Below, piece by piece: positions 58,696 through 64,000 of a stretch of 64,000 nucleotides of DNA. The stretch is from NCBI GenBank assembly GCA_045586485.1, contig JAZNAK010000030.1, positions 9,652-73,651 of the forward strand. Reading direction: 5' to 3'. This stretch comes from Faecousia sp. Lineage in GTDB: Bacteria; Bacillota; Clostridia; Oscillospirales; Oscillospiraceae. Each line of letters opens with the position of its first letter. The stretch's first letter is position 1. Both the position numbers and the translations under genes were made by a program. Under the pieces are notes generated by a model. The model saw only the letters and a program-made list of their open reading frames with translations, was not told where the DNA came from and did no database searches.

Positions 58696-60201
58696 ATGGC
58701 CCATTATTATTCTGAACCCAGCCACACCTTCAGTGAATACCTGCTGGTACCCGGCTACACCTCGGAAGACTGCATCCCCAGCAACGTCTCCCTTCGCACC
58801 CCTCTGACCAAGTACCGTAAGGGCGTGGAGGAGCCCGCCATCACATTGAATATTCCCATGACTTCCGCCATTATGCAATCCGTGTCCAACGACACCCTGG
58901 CCATCGCCCTGGCAAAGGAGGGCGGTCTGAGCTTTATTTACGGCTCTCAGACCATTGAATCCCAGGCCGCTATGGTGGCAAGGGTAAAGGGTTATAAGGC
59001 CGGTTTCGTGGTCTCCGCCTCCAATCTGACCCCCGACGCCACTCTGGCAGACGTGCTGGAACTGAAGGAGCGCAACGGCTTCTCCACCGTGGCCATCACC
59101 CACGACGGCTCTGCCAATGGTAAGCTGCTGGGCATCGTCACCAGCCGGGACTACCGGGTTTCCCGTATGGACATCTCCGAGAAGGTCTCCACCTTTATGA
59201 CCCCCCTGGAAAAGCTGATCACCGCCCCCGCCTCCACCTCCCTGAAGGAGGCAAACGACATCATTTGGGATCACAAGCTGAACTCCCTTCCTGTTGTGGA
59301 TGACAACGGCTGCCTGATGTATTTCGTCTTCCGCAAGGACTACGCCTCCCACAAGGCCAATCCCCAGGAGCTGCTGGACACGGAAAAGCGCTATCTGGTA
59401 GGCGCCGGTATCAACACCCGCGACTATGCCGAGCGCGTTCCCGCTCTGCTGGAAGCCGGCGCGGACTGTCTGTGCATCGACTCCTCCGAGGGCTATTCCT
59501 GCTGGCAGGCCAACACCATCAAGTGGATCCGGGATCACTACGGCGACTCCGTCAAGGTGGGCGCAGGCAATGTGGTCAGCCGGGAAGGTTTCCTGTTCCT
59601 GGCAAACGCCGGCGCAGACTTCGTAAAGGTCGGCATCGGCGGCGGCTCCATCTGCATCACCCGGGAAACCAAGGGTATCGGCCGCGGTCAGGCTACCGCT
59701 CTGATCGAGGTTGCAGCCGCCCGTGACGAATACTTCAAGGAGACCGGCATTTATGTGCCCATCTGCTCCGACGGCGGCATCGTCCACGACTACCATATGA
59801 CCCTGGCGCTGGCCATGGGCGCTGACTTCCTGATGCTGGGCCGCTACTTTGCCCGTTTTGATGAATCTCCCACACCCAAGGTACTGGTGAAGGGCTCTTA
59901 TATGAAGGAGTACTGGGGCGAGGGCAGCAACCGCGCCCGGAACTGGCAGCGGTACGACCTGGGCGGCAGCTCCAAGCTGTCCTTCGAGGAAGGCGTTGAC
60001 TCCTATGTCACCTACGCCGGCTCTCTCCACGACAATGTGGAAGCTTCCCTCTATAAGGTCAAGTCCACCATGTGCAACTGTGGCGAGCTGACCATTTCCG
60101 ACCTGCAGAAGAACGCACGGCTGACCCTGGTGTCCTCCGTATCTATCGTGGAGGGCGGCTATCACGACGTGACCCTCCGCTCCACCTCCTCCGCAAATTA
60201 A
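58696..60201 (+). CDS. guaB: IMP dehydrogenase (with CBS pair)
   Basis: [16 protein letters not shown] catalytic Cys, SDGGI, YWGEGS. Confidence 0.94.
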   Translation: MAHYYSEPSHTFSEYLLVPGYTSEDCIPSNVSLRTPLTKYRKGVEEPAITLNIPMTSAIMQSVSNDTLAIALAKEGGLSFIYGSQTIESQAAMVARVKGYKAGFVVSASNLTPDATLADVLELKERNGFSTVAITHDGSANGKLLGIVTSRDYRVSRMDISEKVSTFMTPLEKLITAPASTSLKEANDIIWDHKLNSLPVVDDNGCLMYFVFRKDYASHKANPQELLDTEKRYLVGAGINTRDYAERVPALLEAGADCLCIDSSEGYSCWQANTIKWIRDHYGDSVKVGAGNVVSREGFLFLANAGADFVKVGIGGGSICITRETKGIGRGQATALIEVAAARDEYFKETGIYVPICSDGGIVHDYHMTLALAMGADFLMLGRYFARFDESPTPKVLVKGSYMKEYWGEGSNRARNWQRYDLGGSSKLSFEEGVDSYVTYAGSLHDNVEASLYKVKSTMCNCGELTISDLQKNARLTLVSSVSIVEGGYHDVTLRSTSSAN

Positions 60202-60330
60202 TATTGCGCCAAAAGGGCGTGCCGCTGCGGCACGCCCTTTTTATAATACCGTTGCGAAATACGGGCAGGTTTGGTATAATACCTCCAGATCGATTTGTTT
60301 TGGCGGCGCTTGCCGCAAAAGGAGTATGCT

Positions 60331-60738
60331 GTGGAAACCTATTTTCAGATGAACTTTACCCTCCAGCAGGTCAATGCCATCTCTAACCTGGGCCTTGCCC
60401 ATATGGGGGATGCCGTTTTTGAGCTGCTGTGCCGCGCCCATCTGTGCGCCGGAGGGGATCAGACGGTGCTGAAGCTCCATAAAGACACTGTTTCTTTGGT
60501 GAAAGCGCCTTCTCAGGCTGCTTTTGCGGATAAAATCAAGCCGCAGCTCACCGAAGAAGAGCTGGCTTTCTTCCGCCGGGGCAAGAATGCCCACACCCAC
60601 GCCGCCCCCAAGTCCGCCACCCGGGCGGAATATGCCAAAGCCACCGGCCTTGAGACCCTTTTTGGAGCGCTGTTTCTGCTGGGCCGCACCCAGCGGCTGC
60701 AGGAGCTGTTTGATCTTATGATGAAGGAAGACGACTAA
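60331..60738 (+). CDS. mrnC: Mini-ribonuclease III
   Basis: LAHMGDAVFEL, V.A..QA, RRGKN, ATGLE.LFG.L. Confidence 0.88.
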   Translation: METYFQMNFTLQQVNAISNLGLAHMGDAVFELLCRAHLCAGGDQTVLKLHKDTVSLVKAPSQAAFADKIKPQLTEEELAFFRRGKNAHTHAAPKSATRAEYAKATGLETLFGALFLLGRTQRLQELFDLMMKEDD

Positions 60739-62502
60739 ATGGCCTTTGACGCGTATTATTTAACTGCGGTGCTGGAGGAGATCCGCTGCTCCACCGCCGG
60801 GGCGCGGGTGGAGAAGATCCATCAGCCCAGCCGGGACACGGTGATCCTGCACTTAAAATGCAGCGACGGGCGGCAAAAGCTGCTCTTTGGTATGAATCCC
60901 ACCGCCCCCCGTCTGCATTTGACCTCCGCCAGTCCGGAGAATCCCCCGGAGCCGCCTATGTTCTGCATGCTTCTGCGAAAGCACCTCAGCGGCGCCCGGC
61001 TGGCAGATATTTCTCAAATCCCTATGGAGCGATGCGCCCAATTCACCTTTGACTGCATCGACGAGATGGGCGATGCGGTACAGAAGAAGCTGGTGGCCGA
61101 GCTGATGGGCAGGACCTGCAACTTGTACCTTCTGGGCGCTGACGGCCGGATCATCGACTGTCTGCGGCGGATCGGCCTTGACGAAACCGCTCACCGGCCT
61201 GCGCTGCCGGGTATGTACTATCAGGCGCCTATGCCCATGGAAAAGGAAAATCCCGCCCATTGCGCTGATTTTATCCCGTTTCTCAGCGGTGTGGGAGCGG
61301 ATCTGCTCTGCGACCGGCTGATGGATACCTTTGGCGGTCTCTCCCCGCTGGTATGCCGGGAGGCGGCCCTCTTTGCCGCCGGTGAGACCGACGCCAGGAT
61401 TGAATCCGTGGACATCTCCGCCGTTGGGGAGAAGCTGAATCTCTTTTTCCGGGAGCATCTGCAGCATCCCGCCCCGTACCTGTACACTTCTGCCGACGGC
61501 ACGCCCAAGCAGTTTGCCTTCTGCCCCATCCGCCAGTACGGCGAATGCACCCGGGCGGAGTCCTTCGGGGCGCTGCTGGACAGTTTTTACACCACCCGGG
61601 ATCGCCGGGACGCCATGCGACAGAAAAGTCAGGCGGTGCGGAAATCCGTGCAAAATCTCTGCCAGCGGCTGACGAAAAAGCTGGCCATCCAGGAAAAAGA
61701 GCGGCTGGAGAGCCTGGATCGGGAACGCCTGCGACAGCTGGGCGACATTCTCACCGCCAACCTGCACCGGATCGAAAAAGGTCAGAAAAGCGTTGTGGTG
61801 CAAGACTTTTACGATGAAAATATGGCGGAAATCACCGTCTGCCTGTCGCCCATTCTCTCTCCCCAACAGAACGCCGCAAAGTACTACAAGGACTACGCCC
61901 GGATGAAGACCGCAGAAAAGGAGCTTTCCCGGCAGATCGAATTGGGCAGGCAAGAGCTTATTTATCTGCAGAGCGTGCTGGAGGAGCTGAATCGAGCCGA
62001 AACAGACGGAGAATTGGAGGAGATTCGCCAGGAGCTCCAGTCCGGCGGCTATCTCAAGGCCGATTCCGGCAAGCGGCGGGCAAAAACCGCCAAGCTGCCC
62101 CCGATGCGCTTTGTTTCCACCGACGGTTATCCCATTTTTGTAGGCCGCAACAACCGGCAGAACGACGAGTTGACCTTTAAGTTGGCCCGGAAGGACGATC
62201 TTTGGCTCCACGCCAGCAAGGTCCACGGCAGCCATGTGATCATCGCCTGCGCCGGTGTCACGCCCCCCGATGATACCATTACCCAGGCGGCCCAGCTGGC
62301 AGCCTACTATGCCGAGACCGGAAGCAGCCAGAATGTGCCGGTGGATGTTGTCCCGGTGAAGCTGGTGAAAAAGACCCCGGACCGGAAGCCGGGTATGGTG
62401 ATCTATCACTCCCACCGCACCGTGGTGGTCAATCCCTACCCGGACATTGTGGTGGACCCCCTGAACGCCGAAAGTCGGGACGCCTCCACAGGAGATGCGT
62501 GA
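60739..62502 (+). CDS. rqcH: ribosome quality control protein RqcH (NFACT/FbpA)
   Basis: MAFD, KIHQP, FCMLLRKHL, ELMGR, GRNNRQND, GSHVI, KPGMV. Confidence 0.92.
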   Translation: MAFDAYYLTAVLEEIRCSTAGARVEKIHQPSRDTVILHLKCSDGRQKLLFGMNPTAPRLHLTSASPENPPEPPMFCMLLRKHLSGARLADISQIPMERCAQFTFDCIDEMGDAVQKKLVAELMGRTCNLYLLGADGRIIDCLRRIGLDETAHRPALPGMYYQAPMPMEKENPAHCADFIPFLSGVGADLLCDRLMDTFGGLSPLVCREAALFAAGETDARIESVDISAVGEKLNLFFREHLQHPAPYLYTSADGTPKQFAFCPIRQYGECTRAESFGALLDSFYTTRDRRDAMRQKSQAVRKSVQNLCQRLTKKLAIQEKERLESLDRERLRQLGDILTANLHRIEKGQKSVVVQDFYDENMAEITVCLSPILSPQQNAAKYYKDYARMKTAEKELSRQIELGRQELIYLQSVLEELNRAETDGELEEIRQELQSGGYLKADSGKRRAKTAKLPPMRFVSTDGYPIFVGRNNRQNDELTFKLARKDDLWLHASKVHGSHVIIACAGVTPPDDTITQAAQLAAYYAETGSSQNVPVDVVPVKLVKKTPDRKPGMVIYHSHRTVVVNPYPDIVVDPLNAESRDASTGDA

Positions 62503-62549
62503 TCGGTGTGTATCGTCACTGCCGTGGGCCGCTCGATTCGTCACCTTGC

Positions 62550-62580
62550 AAAAATCCCCCCTCGTCTGAGGGGGGATTTT
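62550..62580. terminator. bidirectional terminator
   Basis: AAAATCCCCCCTC-gtct-GAGGGGGGATTTT. Confidence 0.8.
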
Positions 62581-62583
62581 CTT

Positions 62584-64000
62584 TTAGTTGATGGTATTCT
62601 GCGCCCGGAGGAAAAGCTGGCCGATCCGCTCCCGGAGGGCGACAGCCTCCGGCGTGTTGGCAGTTCCCTCCCGGTCGATCCAGTGTGCCGATGCTTGCTG
62701 AGCCGCTTTCAAGGTCTGCAGGTCGCAGCTTAAGTTTGCCACCCGGAACACGGGCAATCCCGACTGGCGGGCGCCGAAGAAATCACCGGGACCCCGCATG
62801 CGCAGATCCTCTTCGGCAATCTTAAAGCCGTCCGTGGTGCTGCACAGGGCCTTGAGCCGTTGGCGGGTCTCGGGATGCTTGGTCTGAGAGGTGAGAATGC
62901 AGTAGCTTTTCGCCTTGCCCCGTCCTACGCGGCCACGCAGCTGATGGAGCTGGGAAAGGCCAAAGCGGTCCGCGTCCTCGATGACCATCAGCGTGGCGTT
63001 TGGCACATCCACACCCACCTCGATCACCGTGGTCGCCACCAGCACATCTGCCTCACCCGCGGCAAAGGCGCTCATCACCGACTCTTTTTCCGACCCCTTC
63101 ATCTGCCCGTGAAGCAGCGATACCCGCAGGTCGGGAAACACCGTCTGCCGGAGGGTCTGCGCCCAGGTCTCGGCGGCTTTCAGGTCCAGGGCCTCGTTTT
63201 CTTCCACCGCCGGACACACCACAAAGCACTGATGTCCTTCCTGCACCTGCCTGCGGATAAAGCCATTGAGCCGGGCCCGGTAGGATTCGTCCACAAGGAA
63301 GGTGTCCACCGGCTCTCTGCCGGGGGGCAGCTCGTCCAGTATGGAGACCTCCAGATCCCCGTACATCAGCAGCGCCAAAGTCCGGGGGATGGGTGTGGCC
63401 GACATCACCAGCAGGTGGGGGTCGTGCCCCTTATCCGCCAGCGCAGACCGCTGAGCCACGCCGAAGCGGTGCTGTTCGTCGGTGATCACAAGGCCAAGGT
63501 CGGCAAAGACCGTAGCCTCAGACACCAGCGCGTGAGTGCCCACCACCAATTGGGCGCGGCCGGAGGCAATATCCTCCCGGGCCAGCCGCTTTTGCTTGGG
63601 CGTCAGCGAGCCGGTGAGCAGCGTGATCTGTATGCCCAGAGGGGCAAGGGTCTTGGAAAGAGAAGCAAAATGCTGCTCCGCAAGGATCTCTGTAGGCACC
63701 ATCAGCGCCGCCTGATGGCCGTTGCGGATTGCCATATAGGCCGCGGCGGCGGCTACCATGGTCTTGCCGCTGCCCACATCACCCTGGACCAGCCGACTCA
63801 TGGGCGTGCCTTTTCTGAAATCTGCAGCAATGTCGTTGATCGCCCGGCTTTGGGCGCCGGTAAGGGCAAAGGGCAGCGCATTCATAAAGTCTGCCAGGTC
63901 GCAGTCCGTATAGGCAGGGCATCGTTTCATAGACCGGGATGCCCGCAGCAGGGAGAGTCCCGCAGAGAACACAAAGAACTCCTCAAAGATCAGCCGCTTT
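62584..64000 (-). CDS. recG: ATP-dependent DNA helicase RecG (3' part; starts beyond the window)
   Basis: QGDVGSGKT, DEQHRFG, MSATPIPR, QLHQLRGRVGRG. Confidence 0.96.
   Translation of the reverse strand, partial: KRLIFEEFFVFSAGLSLLRASRSMKRCPAYTDCDLADFMNALPFALTGAQSRAINDIAADFRKGTPMSRLVQGDVGSGKTMVAAAAAYMAIRNGHQAALMVPTEILAEQHFASLSKTLAPLGIQITLLTGSLTPKQKRLAREDIASGRAQLVVGTHALVSEATVFADLGLVITDEQHRFGVAQRSALADKGHDPHLLVMSATPIPRTLALLMYGDLEVSILDELPPGREPVDTFLVDESYRARLNGFIRRQVQEGHQCFVVCPAVEENEALDLKAAETWAQTLRQTVFPDLRVSLLHGQMKGSEKESVMSAFAAGEADVLVATTVIEVGVDVPNATLMVIEDADRFGLSQLHQLRGRVGRGKAKSYCILTSQTKHPETRQRLKALCSTTDGFKIAEEDLRMRGPGDFFGARQSGLPVFRVANLSCDLQTLKAAQQASAHWIDREGTANTPEAVALRERIGQLFLRAQNTIN

Overview
GC-rich chromosomal window from a sporulating gut/rumen Clostridia-type bacterium (gene content and repeat families suggest Oscillospiraceae; inference). 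It is mostly core genes: fakA/asp23/gpmI, tRNA-Leu(TAA), dnaD/dnaC-like pair, spoVT, a maltodextrin ABC-malQ-LacI locus, a perR-rubredoxin-rubrerythrin operon, the rimP-nusA-infB-rbfA-truB-ribF-rpsO-pnp cluster, trmB-mnmG, pit, hflKC-flotillin, parS-parAB, serS, nfnAB, typA, guaB, Mini-III, rqcH and recG. I saw no CRISPR array, integrase, transposase or prophage. The most unusual signal is a recurring, integrase-less single-gene cassette architecture anchored on the ends of conserved genes. (i) Upstream of spoVT there are three copies of a ~95-bp bidirectional promoter, each followed by a different cargo gene and a related AGCGGAG...CTCCGCT hairpin, plus a displaced spoVT 5' end that differs only at synonymous sites. 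(ii) Downstream of rubrerythrin, cargo genes are separated by degenerate copies of its last codons. (iii) tRNA-Leu is flanked by duplicated 5' and 3' tRNA parts, each interrupted by a related ~110-bp structured element with compensatory base changes. Other items of note: a sigma-70 domain-2-only protein, a divergent cohesin-like/dockerin gene pair, and an ADP-ribosylglycohydrolase lacking its catalytic aspartates.
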